Assembly: GCF_006345805.1 (NCBI RefSeq)
Contig: NC_043016.1
Span: forward strand, 22,134,001-22,198,000
From: Octopus sinensis
Lineage: Eukaryota
DNA: 64,000 nt
Direction of reading: 5' to 3'
Of the stretch, positions 12,521-25,280 are shown one piece after another (within the stretch, counting starts at the first letter, position 1; each line of letters opens with the position of its first letter). Both the position numbers and the translations under genes were made by a program. A model generated the notes under the pieces. It searched no databases. It was given only the letters and a program-made list of their open reading frames with translations, and had not been told where the DNA came from.

Positions 12521-13544
12521 TATATCATTATGTATGTATATATATTTTATATATATATATACTTTATGTATATGTGTGTGTGTATTTATGTATATATATT
12601 TTATATATATATGTATATATATACTTTATGTATATGTGTGTGTGTATATATATATATGTATATATTTTTTGTATATATATATTGTCTGATCGATGTTTTT
12701 TCCTTCTTAAGTTCTTTTGGTTTTTCTCTGCATGTATGTACATTTTTACTTTAATATTATAACTTTTTTCAAACATAGTCTTGCCTATCACTTTTTAGCC
12801 TCATGTAAAATATATATATTTTTTCGTTTTTCAATAATATTAATATTATGTTATATTCTACTATACACACATGGCCCTGTTTATTATACTTTGTCTCGAC
12901 CTGTTACCATTTTTTTTAAACACACCCATTAGTTTTACATTCTTATTTTTATGTTATAGTTTACTGCACATAAAGACATGCATACACATTGATATGTGTC
13001 TTTTTTCCCTTTCACATCTCTTACTATTATTATTACTGTTATTTTTCCCCTTTTAAAACTTGCTTGCAAATATGTGATTTTTTTCCTTATTATCCCATTT
13101 GTATTCTCCCTTATTGTATCTTATTTTAATTTACTTTACTTTATTAAACCTTTTTTGATGTCCTTACAAAAATTCCTTACACTGATGAAAATGACAATGC
13201 ATAAATTTAATTATAATTACTACAGTTATTTTTTTCTTACATATTTGTATTGTTCTTTGAAACAGATATATACTGAATCTTATTTTGTATTAAATCTAAT
13301 TTTGATTCAACATCTTTTTCTCCTCCATTTTTCTATAATTATTTATATTTTATACCTATAACAGTATTTTTCAACTACTATTTTCATATTCTTATTACTT
13401 GCTCTGGCTGTTTTTTTTTATGAATATAATGAATCTTTATTAGAAATCATTCTTTCTCTCTTTTTTGGACCTCCCAAAAAGTTTGAATTGTTCTCTTTTG
13501 AACTTAATTTTTCCCATATAAATGTATATATATATTATATATTT

Positions 13545-13588
<44 letters not shown>

Positions 13589-13615
13589 ATACATATGTGT
13601 GTGTGTGTGTACATA

Positions 13616-13651
<36 letters not shown>

Positions 13652-13653
<2 letters not shown>

Positions 13654-14716
13654 TTACGGTTGGCTAAGTGCATTTCTGGTGACCCACTTGGGAATTATGG
13701 TTCCAGCATGTCTGGTAAAAATGTGACGGGTCCTTTGTCTACTGGGAGATTAATGAGACCTTTCTGGCCTTGTGCGGTCGATTGGAGGTCATTCTAGGCA
13801 CCCCTAGAAGAAGTGAAGAGGAGGACAGATTAAGGGAATCTAAGAGCAGATGGAGAGGGTATTGACAGTAGGAGAGAAGGACAGGCAGAGAGTTTGGTAG
13901 AGCTGTCATGAGAGAGGTAGAGTATAAGACTAAGGGACAGTTAGAGAGGGTATGAGCGGTACAGAGGGAGATGAGGGAGTGGAAGAAGCACAGAGACGAA
14001 GTGAGGTCTTGGCAGTCGTTGAGCGGTCGTCGAGGAGCACAGACGGATCTTGCGGTCGCTGGCTGGTCCTCGAAGAAGACAGACGGACCTTGGATTTAAG
14101 GGGCAGGCGTTGGAATTCTTAGGAGCAAGTTGGATGCGAGAAAGCTTGGCGGCACAGAAGGGATATGTACAGAGGAATTAGCAGTATTGAGAGGAATGGG
14201 ACACTGGCAGATTCAATTAGGAATTGAGGTATGTGTTTGTGCATTGATATGTGTCACGGTGTATTGAACAGTCAAGGACTCTGTCGATGTGGTCGATAAA
14301 GGACATTGTGAAGAAGAAGAGTAAAGGACTTGTTGATTGTGATGTTTAGGAAGAGACTTTAAAGAACTGTTGTCTTGGGACGTGTACTCTTGAATTGTTA
14401 CATGATGTTGTATTATGCTTTGAGTTGTACTCTTGAAATGCTGTTGTATTATGTATTGAGTAGTCACGTGCATGCCTTAAATGTATTTGATGTGTAACAA
14501 TTGTAATTGTCGTATAAACTGTTGTTTGAATATAAGCCAGTGTTGCCAGTTGTTGCCTTGCCTCTTTGGGTTGTATCTCGGGTTGTGCCTCTGTATCTCT
14601 GTGCTGTTGAGGTTGTGGCAGTATCTATCTGTATCTCCTCTCTCCGCCTCTTTGGGTTCCGTGGCGGAACCTGTGTGAGCCGTTCGGGACGGGCGACGAC
14701 GGGTGATTCCGTAACA
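13652..14716. mobile_element. Probable solo LTR (Gypsy-like), about 1065 bp
   Basis: Starts TGTTACGG and ends CCGTAACA (8-bp inverted termini, TG...CA). Higher GC than the flanks, no long ORF, embedded in (TA)n. Confidence 0.7.
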
Positions 14717-14809
14717 ATATTATATATATATATCATATATGTATATATATTATATATGTATATATATTATATATGTATATATATTATATATGTATATATA
14801 TATATATAT

Positions 14810-15187
14810 GTATCGAAATCGATCAATGGAAATTGCAGATGTGTTACCAGTGCCGGTGGCATGTAAGAGAACTTTCCGTTTCGCGACCGTTGCCAGCACC
14901 GCCCCGTTTCGTGTCCGTTGCCAGCCTCGCCTGGCCCTCGTGCCGGTGGCACATAAAAAGCACCATCCGTTCGTGGCCGTTTGCCAGCTCTGTCTGGCAC
15001 CAGTGCAGGTGGCACGTAAAAAGCACCCACTACACTCACGGAGTGGTTGGCGTTAGGAAGGGCATCCAGCCGTAGAAACACTGCCAGATTTGACTGGGCC
15101 TGATGAAGCCTTCTGGCTTCACAGACCCCAGTAGAACCGTCCAACCCATGCTAGCATGGAAAACGGACGCTAAACGATGATGATGAT
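14810..15187 (+). mobile_element. SINE-like element with internal tandem repeats and (GAT)n tail
   Basis: GTGC.GGTGGCA..TAA repeated three times, then GGCGTTAGGAAGGGCATCCAGC...CCCATGCTAGCATGGAAAACGGACG.TAAACGATGATG. The 3' part recurs near 5080, 20690 (-), 32790 (-), 44100 and 50800 (-). Confidence 0.75.
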
Positions 15188-16144
15188 ATATATATGTATG
15201 AATAAAAACAGGACAAAGAAACCAACATTGAGGGCCTTTTTTAAGCCTAGACGATGGAAAAATTCAGAGCGCAAGAAAAAAAGTCATGTTGACTTGTAGG
15301 AGGCTGCCAGCGAAAGGAAGTTGGTCGACTCTGCAGTGAGAGAGATGAGGAGGAGTGAGAGAGAGAGAGAGAGAGAGGAAAGGAAAGGAAACCAGAAAGG
15401 GTGAAAAATAAGAAGGAGAGAGACAGGCAAAGTGGAAGACAGACAGGAAGGAAGGAAAGGTCAAGCAAAGGGTTACAGAGTTTCGCGTCATAATTATATA
15501 TAAAAACTTACTTGGAGAAAAGAAAGGAAAGGAAACGACGCGAGGGCACTCAGTCATACAATAATTTAATTAATAAAATATATGCATACATACATACAAA
15601 TATGTACGTACCTACATCTACATGTATATATACATGCATATATATATATATATATGACTGGACTGGTGCAGCCTTCGGGCTCCCCAGACCCCAGTTGAAC
15701 CGTCCAACCATGCTAGCATGGAAAGCGGACGTTAAATGACGATGATGATGATGATGATAATATATATATATATATGAGTACAGGATACCACAAATAGACG
15801 TAGAACTCAACGAGAAATGAAAACATAAAAACAAACATGGAAACGGATTTTTTTTCTTTCTTTTCTCCAAGTAAGTTTTTATATATATATATATATATAC
15901 ACACACGTATATATTTGTATTATATCTTTTAAATTTGTTTATGGGAAATGTTTTGAATATGTAAATAAAGCTCCTATTCTATTATGCCAGCCACAGTCTA
16001 ATAACACTGACTGGTGAACCAGGTTTTGGAGGTTACATCAAACTGTACCAATATATTGTAGGATAAATACAGTTATAATAGGAATCTTAGATGGAATTTC
16101 TAAACATTTAAATGCATCACTACGTGCATTTCCACAAACCACAT

Positions 16145-16368
16145 GTCTCTTAAGATCACAGTATTCCTAGAATGATTACAGTGTAGTCCATAGTATCTAT
16201 GGGCAACCTTCTCACTTATCAAAACAGATAAACATCCCTCAGTTAAATATCCATTAATGTTATATCACCTGAAGAAATGAATCCTTGAAGATGATCTCCC
16301 CAATGCTCATGAATACTAAAGACTACACTGTAATCATCCCAGAAATATGGATTGTGATCTTAAGAGAC
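16145..16368. repeat. Imperfect inverted repeat (about 60-bp arms)
   Basis: GTCTCTTAAGATCACA..ATGATTACAGTGTAGTC is mirrored by GACTACACTGTAATCAT..TGTGATCTTAAGAGAC. CTGAAGA lies in the spacer near 16269. Confidence 0.7.
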
Positions 16369-16960
16369 TCCAACCAAAGATTATTGTTATTATTATTATT
16401 TTTGTATTATATTATGTACAAATGAATTTTTCCACCATCTAGGCTTAAAAAAGGCCTTATTGTTGGTTTTTCCTTGTCCTATCTTTTACTGTATTTATCT
16501 TTATTTGTATTGCTTTTACTGTCCTGTTCTTGTCACCTTTTTTTACCCCTCCACAAAAAATTTTTTATTTAATTCACTTTGTGGGAAGGACTGTTTCAAT
16601 GTAGTCGTGTTCTGCCCTTACCTGCAAAACATGCATTGAGTCGAAACAGGGGCAGCTGAAGAAGGGGAATGTTCCTTGTGTTGTATGTCTTATACTCTGT
16701 TTTTCGTTGTTAAAAAAAAGTCCGTTTCCTTGTTTTGTTTTTATGTTTTCGTTTCGTGTTGTGTTCTACGTTTTTTTGTGGTGTCCTGTACCCATATATG
16801 CATGTATATATACATATAGATGTAAGTATGTACATATATGTATGTATGCATATGTTTTATTTATTAAATTGTTATTATATATATATATATATTAGCATAT
16901 ATACACACAAACACATATATGCACACAAGCACTTATACTAATTTCTTATTATCATTACAG

Positions 16961-17220
16961 TAAAATCTGGACAGCTGTTCGCTAAAGTGGCCCTACAAGA
17001 TCGGTCCACTCGACCATCGACGCTCGAAAGTATGCCAGGAGGCCGTGGCTATCGCTACATCAACCAACAGTCCCCGAACGAGCACTTTGAAGTTAATCCA
17101 ATGGAGAACCTAAGAACAAGGAATGCAGTTCATTGTGCCATCGTCCTTGAAGAATTCCTCAAAGAACTAGCAGCTTTGTCCCAGGAGCATTCTGTCCTAT
17201 TATGGGGAACCTGTATGTGA
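16961..17220 (+). CDS. FHIP1: FHIP1/FAM160A family, terminal coding exon
   Basis: Acceptor tttcttattatcattacag| at 16960, phase 1. LRTRNAVHCAIVLEEFLKELAALSQEHSV matches the conserved FHIP1 C-terminus (human FHIP1B LRVKNAVYCAVIFPEFLKELAAISQAHAV, recalled). Stop TGA at 17218-17220. Confidence 0.9.
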
Positions 17221-17337
17221 TCTTTGATCTTGTACCAGTACAATGTTACACATGTATGTGTGTGTGTGTGTGTGTATACACACATGCATGCTCACACATT
17301 CACAAACACTCAGACATATGCTCACTCATACATATGC

Positions 17338-17370
<33 letters not shown>

Positions 17371-17489
17371 CATACATAATACACTGCATGGTGCAGAAAA
17401 AAATGTGCTTTCTTATTTTGATTACTGCTGTGTGTTTTTTTTTTGTTTGTTTTTTTTTTATTTTCTTTAGCTTTTCTACTTGATAATTT

Positions 17490-18460
17490 CTTTCGTTTGC
17501 TTTCATCCCTCTCTCATTTGAGGTACTGAATTCAAACCCCACAGAAGTCAACCATACCTTTCACCCTTCAGAGGTCACTAAAATAGAGGAACATTCAAGT
17601 CCTCAAGTCAATTTAATGAACTAAGTCTTGAGCACCTGTTACAAATTGTTGTTATTATTGTTATTACTAACATCATCATCATCATTATTATTATTATGAT
17701 TAAGGTAGTGAGCTGGCAGTGTCGTTAGCACACTAGATGAAATGCTTTGTGGTATTTCGCCTGCAGCTACATTATGAGTTCAAATTCCGCTGAGGTCAAC
17801 TTTGCTTTCATCCTTTCAGGGTCAATAAATTAAATACCAGTTGCATACTGGGGTCAGTGTACTCGACTATCCCCCTCCCCCAAATTTCAGGCTTTGTGCC
17901 TTTAGTAGAAAGGATTATTATTATTATTATGATTAAGGTAGTGAGCTGGCAGAATTCTTAGCACGCCTGGCAAAATGCTTAGTAGCATTTCATATGTTTT
18001 TACATTCTGAGATCAAATTCCACTGAGGTCAACTTTGCCTTCACCCTTTTGGAATCAATGAACTGGGATCAATGTAATCAACTTGCCCAAGTTATTATTA
18101 GAATTATTCAAGCCCCAAAGAATTATTATTATTATTAAAGTGGTGAGCTGGCAGAATCATTAATTCCCGTTCTGAGTTCAAATTCTGCCAAGGTCCACTT
18201 TGGCCTTCATCCTTTCAGAGTCAATGAAATAAGTACCAGTTAAGCACTGGGGGGCCAATGCAATGAACAAACCTCCTCCCCAAAATTTCAGAACCAAGCA
18301 TTATTATAAAAGTGGGTGAGTCAGTATAATAGTTAGTGTCAGACAAAATACTAAATGGCATTTCTTCCAGCTCTTTATGTTCTAAGTTCAAATCCCACCA
18401 AAGTCAACTTTGCCTTTCATCCTTTTGGAGTCAGGAAGATAAAGTATCTGGCCTCGTGAA
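17490..18460 (+). repeat. Tandem array of family A SINEs with (TTA)n linkers
   Basis: Heads AAG...GTGAGCTGGCAG at about 17702, 17935, 18138 and 18310, mostly preceded by (TTA)n. Confidence 0.8.
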
Positions 18461-18599
18461 AAAAATTTTGAAATATTTATGATTTTTGTCACTTATTACT
18501 ATTACTATATTTTACTCCTCAGAGCTCTCGATTTTACTTGCTCTGGTTAATTCTGTAAGAGCAGACAGCAACCTGTTGTCAAAAGTCTCATAGGATCTC

Positions 18600-18835
18600 T
18601 TTCCATGATACTTAACACCCAAGTACCAATCTCAAAATCCTTGCTATCCCCAATAAAGCAATTTTTTGAGCATGTTCTACCCTCATGTCAATTCCAATTT
18701 CTCCAACATATTTCTTGAAATTGGTTGTTAGTGCTCCAAATGTTCTTCAACTACTGGAATGACAGTCACTCTCTTCATTGCCCACATTCATGCAATTTCA
18801 TCTTTTAGTAACTTGTGTTCTACCATCTTTTCCAC
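18600..18835 (-). mobile_element. R4/Dong-like RLE LINE 3' fragment
   Basis: Minus strand reads as decayed VTVIPVV..GAL..., similar to 56260-56360. Abuts a (TTA)n run. Confidence 0.5.
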
Positions 18836-19742
18836 TATTATTATTATTATTATTAAAATTATGTATCTCCAAGAACCCTAATTCTGTTCCAACAGGATTG
18901 CTCTGGGATTAATTAAACAACAAAGAACATCAAAGTAACTGCAATAACATGGTATCAACCAGGGATGGGATTGATCATGATGCTTGCCAAGTTACTCTTC
19001 ATTTTCATATAACATCCACTTCAAAAATAATATTGATTTCAAATTTTGGTACAAGGCCAGTAATTTCAAATGAGAGGGCTAGTCAATTACATTGACCACA
19101 GTGTTCAACTGGTACTTATTTTATCAACCACAAAAGGATGAAGCATAAAGCTGACCTCGACAGAATTTGAACTAAGAACATAAAAGCGGAAGAAATTCTG
19201 TTAAGTATTTTAATGGAATTTCATCCTGCTTTACATTCTGAGTTCAAATTCTATCAAGGTCAACTTTACATTTCATCCTTTTGGGGACAATATTATAAGT
19301 ACCAGTTGACACTGCAGTTAATGCAATCAACTAGTCCCCTCCTTCAAAATTTCAGGCCTTGAGCCTATAGTAGAAAGAATTATTATTATCGTTATTATTA
19401 ACAAAATATTTTGTGGTATCTGTTGCATCCCTTTGCGTTCTAAGTTCACATGTTGAACAGAAGAATGACAAGGATGAGGATTAGACAAGTAATACATCAC
19501 AAGCATCAATGATTTATACTCCTCTCTTACTACTGCTGCTAATGCTACTGCTGTAACAAGTAATTTTGTTTGATAGGTACATGCATGGCTATGTGAATAC
19601 AGAGTTTATATCCTAACTACGTTTCATGATCTACCTATCACTGTGTGGTAACTTGCTCAAGTGTCTTCTACTATAGGCTGTGGCTTACCAAAACCTTGGA
19701 GTAGATTTGGTAGACAGAAACTGAAAAGAAGAAGCATGTCTC

Positions 19743-19812
<70 letters not shown>

Positions 19813-21199
19813 CCAAATCCTTGTGAGCGAATTTTGTAGATGAAAACTGAATGAAGCCCATGTGTGCGTGTATTTGTATCTCCTTAACTTGATATCATGT
19901 GATGGTTGTAAATGAGTGTCACAATTGTCGTTAATTTCTGATATTCTGCGAAAACAAATCTGACGTTGGAGAAATATTAACGTGCTTGGAACAGGTAGAG
20001 GTTGGCAATAAAAAGGGGCATCCATCCATTGCAAAATCTGCCTCGTATAAACTTATCCAGTCCATGCAAGCATGGAAAGTGAACATTAAATGATGATGAT
20101 GATTTGGAAAATGTATGATATATGTGTGTATGTGTATATTTGTATGTATATATATATGTATATATATATATATAATATATATATATATATAATATATTAT
20201 ATATATATATACATATGTATATATATATATACATATATATATACATATGTATGTATGTCTATATATGTATGTATGTATGTATATGTATGTATGTATATAA
20301 ATGTATGTATATATACGTGTGTGTGTGTGGGTGTGTAATATAATATGATAATATATATATATATATATATATATATGAGAATATTGTAGTTCACTTGAAG
20401 CATTGTGTATTGTTTGGAAAGAATAAAAAGTTTTGAATGGTACAACAATGCACTATAATGCAAACAATGGGATATATACCTGTTGTAATTTAGTCCGATA
20501 TAATATAATATATATGACTGTGAGGTAAGAATCTTGCTTCCCAACCACAGGTTCAATGTTCAGTCCCACTGTGCAGTACCCTGGGCAAATGTCTATTAAA
20601 GCCTTAGACTGACCAAAGCCTTGTGAGTGGATTGGGTAAACAGAAACTGAAAGAAGCCCATCATATATATCATCATCATCATCATCATTTAAGGTCCATT
20701 CTCCATGCTGACATATGTTGGATGATTTGACCAGAGCTGGGAAGCTGAGGAGCTGCACCAGAGACTCCAGTCTAATTTGACATGGTTTCTGCAGCTGGAT
20801 GCCCTTCCTAATGCCAACCACTTACAGAGGGTGCTGGCTGCTTTCACATGGTGCTGCACAGGTGCTTTTATGTGATGGCACATACCTGTTATGTCATTCA
20901 ATAAGTAAATACATAAAAAACTAAATTTAGTAAGTAAATACATAAATGTGTTATTCAATAAATAAATATATAAATAAGTAAAGAAATAAAGAGAGAATAA
21001 AAGAAACCTTGTGCATACCATCACATACACATACACATATATACATGAGAAAGAGTATATAAATTAGAAATATAAGCATATGGAACTTTAATCCTTTGAA
21101 GGGTTACTCATTTACAGCTGAGTGGAGTGGAGTAAAATTAAAATTAAAGTATTTTGCTCAAGAAAAAAAAATGCACTGCCCAGTCTAGAAATCAAAACC

Positions 21200-21525
21200 A
21201 TGATTTTATTTCATCATGTCCCATTAAATTACGATTTTGAATCCTGCAATGGTTCACTTTTTATTTAATCTTTCCAGGATCAATAGACTGCAGTATCAGT
21301 AAAATATTATGGATAGGAGCGTAATTGATTTTGCTTATTGATTGCTCCCAAATTTCTCACATGTGCCACTGTTGGAAATTATTATTATTATTAAGTCAAC
21401 TTTGCCTTTCATCCTTTCAGGGTCAATAAATCGAGTACCAGTAAAACAATGGGATTGATGTAATCAGTTAATCCTCTCCTTCAAAATTTCAGGCCTTGTG
21501 CCTTCAATACTAAGGATTATTGTTA

Positions 21526-21577
<52 letters not shown>

Positions 21578-22070
21578 GGTGATGAGCTGGCAGACTCATT
21601 AGCATGCTGGGTGAAATGCTTAGTGATATTTCATCTGTATTCAGATTCTGCCGAGGTCCACTTTGCTTTACATCCTTTTAGGGTCGGTAAAATAAGTACC
21701 AGTTCAGTACTGGGATCAATGTAATCAACTAACCCCCTCTCCCAAATTTTGGACCTCGTGCCTATAGTAGAAAGTATTATTATTATTATTATTATAAAGA
21801 TGAAAGAAAAGCTGGCAGAATTGTTAGCATGCTGGGAAAGATGCTTAGTAGTATGTTATCCATCTCTACACTCTGAATTAAAATTCTGCCATGCTTAGCG
21901 GCATTTCATCCATCAATACATCCTGAGTTCAAATTCTGCAAAGTTTGACTTTGGCTTTCATCCTTTCAAGATCAATAAAATGAGTATCAGTTAAATTCTG
22001 AGGGTCGATGTAATCTACTTTGCTCCTCCCCCAAAACTGCTGGCCTTGTGCCAAAATTTGAAGCTATTAT
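21200..22070 (+). repeat. Second tandem array of family A SINEs with (TTA)n linkers
   Basis: Units start near 21390, 21577 and 21808, with a long (TTA)n at about 21530-21576. Confidence 0.8.
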
Positions 22071-22113
22071 ATGTTTTTACAGTTCTATATTTAAGAGATG
22101 AGGAATTATGTAC

Positions 22114-22309
22114 ATTATTTACATTTGACGGATATTCGTCCTCATCTTGTTTGTTGTTAACACAACGTTTTGGCTGATATGCCCTCCAGCCTTCATCAGG
22201 CGTCTTGGGGAAATTTCTTAAGACACCTGATGAAGGCTGGAGGGTATATCAGCCGAAACGTGTTAACAACAAACAAAATGAGGACAAATATCCATCAAAT
22301 GTAAATAAT
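22114..22309. ncRNA. Palindromic element with minimal hammerhead ribozyme cores on both strands (degenerate)
   Basis: About 90-bp inverted arms. On +: acac-CTGATGA (22227-22233), A, GGCTG/CAGCC stem II, GAAAC (22255-22259). The minus arm has the same motif with GAAA changed to AAAA. Confidence 0.65.
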
Positions 22310-22882
22310 ATATTAAGTTTTTGTTTTTTTAAACTCTATTTGTGGTTGATTTTGCCTTTCATCTTTTCAGATGAGGGTGTGGGTGATGAAATAAAATATC
22401 AGTCATGTTTCAAGGTCAATCAAATTGACTGCACAATCTCCCCGAATATGTGTGGCCTTGTGCCTATGTGAGATAGAAGATATGTGAGATTATTTTTAGG
22501 AAAAATGCTTTTAAATTGGAAATTAAAACAAATCCTCTTTTAAAAATTAACTGCTATTTGACTTTTTCTTTTTTTTTTTTTATAAGCACAGATTCAAGAA
22601 GTGTGGGGTAGAGTTAGGTTTACTGTATCAGTCATCTATCCTGTGACAGAAATATAATGAAAATGTACAATGACGTTGTGGAGATAATGATTTAAGACAT
22701 TATTAGCACTAACAGAACTCAATCCCCCTGTTTTTATTGCTTGCCAGGTGACATGAATCAAATTGTGAATTAACACTGCTAAGATTTCAATGTAAATAAT
22801 AAAAAATAAATAATAATATATATATGTAATGAATGTGTGTGTGTGTGTACGTGTGTGCATATGTATGTATATATTTACATAT

Positions 22883-22922
<40 letters not shown>

Positions 22923-23176
22923 GCACACACACATGAATTTTTTGTGTATGTGTGATATATTTTTTCTTGGGAAATATGTGATTATGTTGTAATTATTTTA
23001 TATATATAATTTAAGCTGTCTCTCCAAAGCCACGCACTGTTGTGCCAGATTCTGTTTCACTTGCTTACACTTTGAGAGAACTTTTAAAGATTCACATCAA
23101 GTAACTAATATTTACATCTGTAAATGATGAAAAAAAATCTTTAAATTATCTTCAAATAAACATCAAAAACAAAATT

Positions 23177-23220
23177 TCAGAATCTTGAGTTATTCATTCT
23201 TGTTACAATTTCCTCTTTAC
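23177..23220 (-). other. Candidate minus-strand exon start (probably non-coding; 3' extent unknown)
   Basis: Strong acceptor cttgttttcttttttacag| ending at 23221. Only a short frame (KEEIVTRMNNSRF*). A minus-strand AATAAA lies near 22733-22738. Confidence 0.35.
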
Positions 23221-23514
23221 CTGTAAAAAAGAAAACAAGTGTATGTATAAATTTGTTTTTCCTGTTTTTCACCAATGTAGAAAGAGGTGTCTCTAGCCTA
23301 TCAAGAAGACATTTCCATTGGAATTTAGACAACATCACACAGAGTAATCATGGTTGTATGTTATTAGGAGGGTGAGCAATTGCATTACTTTCTGACTTAT
23401 CCTCGTATTTTCCTTTCCAGATTTCTTGCCAATTGAGAAAAAGTCAGTTTCTATCCTAGATCCAAGGCTCCTTCATTGGAATTTTAAACATCAACAGGGT
23501 CATTGTACATAAAT

Positions 23515-23917
23515 ACTCTTTTACTCTTTTATTTGTTTCAGTCATTTGACTGTGGCCATGCTGTAGCACCGCCTTTAGTCGAACAAATCGACCCCGGGAC
23601 TCATTCTTTGTAAGCCCAGTACTTATTCTATCGGTCTCTTTTGCCGAACCGCTAAGTGACGGGGACGTAAACACACCAGCATCGGTTGACAAGCAATGCT
23701 AGGGGGACAAACACACAAACAAACACATGCATATATATATATATATATATACATATATGCGACAGACTTCTTTCAGTTTCCGTCTACCAAATCCACTCAC
23801 AAGGCATTGGTCAGCCCGGGGCTATAGCAGAAGACACTTGCCCAAGATGCCACGCAGTGGGACTGAACCCGGAACCATGTGGTTGGTTAGCAAGCTACTT
23901 ACCTCACAGCCACTCCT
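23515..23917 (-). mobile_element. Full-length family B SINE
   Basis: Minus head GGAGTGGCTGTGAGGTAAG..GGGTTCAGTCCCAC and tail GGCGGTGCTACAGCATGGCCACAGTCAAATGACTGAAAC. Confidence 0.85.
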
Positions 23918-24139
23918 GAGCCTGTACAAGTACTTGGAGTCAGTGCATATGCAGATCATAATTGCATGCCTAAACATGTGCATATCTCTTCAATAATAAA
24001 CTCTTGGAAAGTTTTACATATTTTGGCTGTTCCATTGATGGATTGTATCTGTAGACTTCAAATCAGCTTTCTCCTTTTTGGTTTTCTGTGTGTGGATGTG
24101 TATGCATTTGTGTGTGTATATATATATATATTTATAAAT

Positions 24140-25280
24140 TAGATAATGGCTATAGACCAAAATACAATCATAACACCAAAAAGGAAATGAAAGTAATTCA
24201 GCTTTTGTAAAATAGCTTAAAATTAACCAAACAATAATCCAGAAAATTGTCAAGAAATTTCAAGAGACTGGTTCCACCACTGATCAACCTGGACACGGAC
24301 AGAAAAAAAGTCTGTGAACCCCTCAACTTATCAAAAGTGCTAGAGAAAAATTACGGCAAAATCCTCATCATTCCATCAGAGAACTGGCTACCACAGCAAA
24401 AATAAGCCAAACAGCAATGAAGGAGGATTTCTGGACCCACCCTTACAAGATGATCCACTATCATGAACTCGCATAAGTTTGTAAGGCCATGAGATTGGGG
24501 AGAAATTGTCTTATGTGTCAGATTGCTGAAGGCACACTACCCAACCTGGTGTTCACTGATGAAAAGAAATTTGACATTGAACAGACAGCAATCCACCAGA
24601 ATTTGAAGTGTATCTGACTCCATCGAGGGTAGACTCATAAATTGATTTCAAAATCCACAGTCAGTTATGGTTTGGGCAGCTGTGACAGCCACTGGAAGGT
24701 CTCACCTCATGGCGGTGGTGGTGGAATCTTGGGGTTAGTATCCTGTGCTCTTAATCACTACGCCATATGCCCATGGGCATTCTGGAAGCTGAACTGCTTC
24801 CACAGGCGAATGAGCACTTTCAAGGGACACTTTGGAGCCTCCAACAGGACTCAGCACCATCCCACAGATCTAAACAGACACAACACTGGATTCAGAAAAA
24901 CATCCCATCATTCATAGGCAATAATGTATTGCCCTCAAGAAGCCCCGATCTCAGCCCACTAGATATTTCTGTTTCTTCCAGTTTGGAGATGAGGGTCTTG
25001 AGCACTCCTCATGCTTTGTCTGATGCTCTGAAGGCAAAACTGTACCGGCAATGGGCTTTGTTTCTACAAGAACAGTTGTGTGCTGCATGTACAGCATTCG
25101 CACCTAGACTTAAGGCTGTGATTCGAAACAGAGGTGGTCATATCAAATAAATGTGGGAGTGTCAAAATTGTGTTTCCTTCACCATTGCATTCCAATGCTT
25201 GGACCCAAAATATAACAATATTTTACTTGGGCAAAATTGGAAAAAGTTGGTTGCCTTAATTTTGGGACACGTCATATGTA
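24140..25280 (+). mobile_element. maT-family (DD37D) Tc1/mariner transposase remnant
   Basis: LVFTDEKKF near 24547, then QQDSAPSH and SPDLSPLD in ORF 24767-25150. I count 37 residues between the 2nd and 3rd catalytic Asp. Confidence 0.75.

Noticed and set aside
17490-22070. CRISPR-like repeat-spacer array
   Set aside because: Units are about 200-bp diverged SINEs with (TTA)n linkers; there are no short identical repeats, unique spacers or cas genes.
23015-23082. Iron-responsive element or pre-miRNA hairpin
   Set aside because: An outer TCTCTCCAAAG/CTTTGAGAGA stem and a minus-strand CAGTGC exist, but the IRE upper stem does not pair and the interior is too loose for a pre-miRNA.
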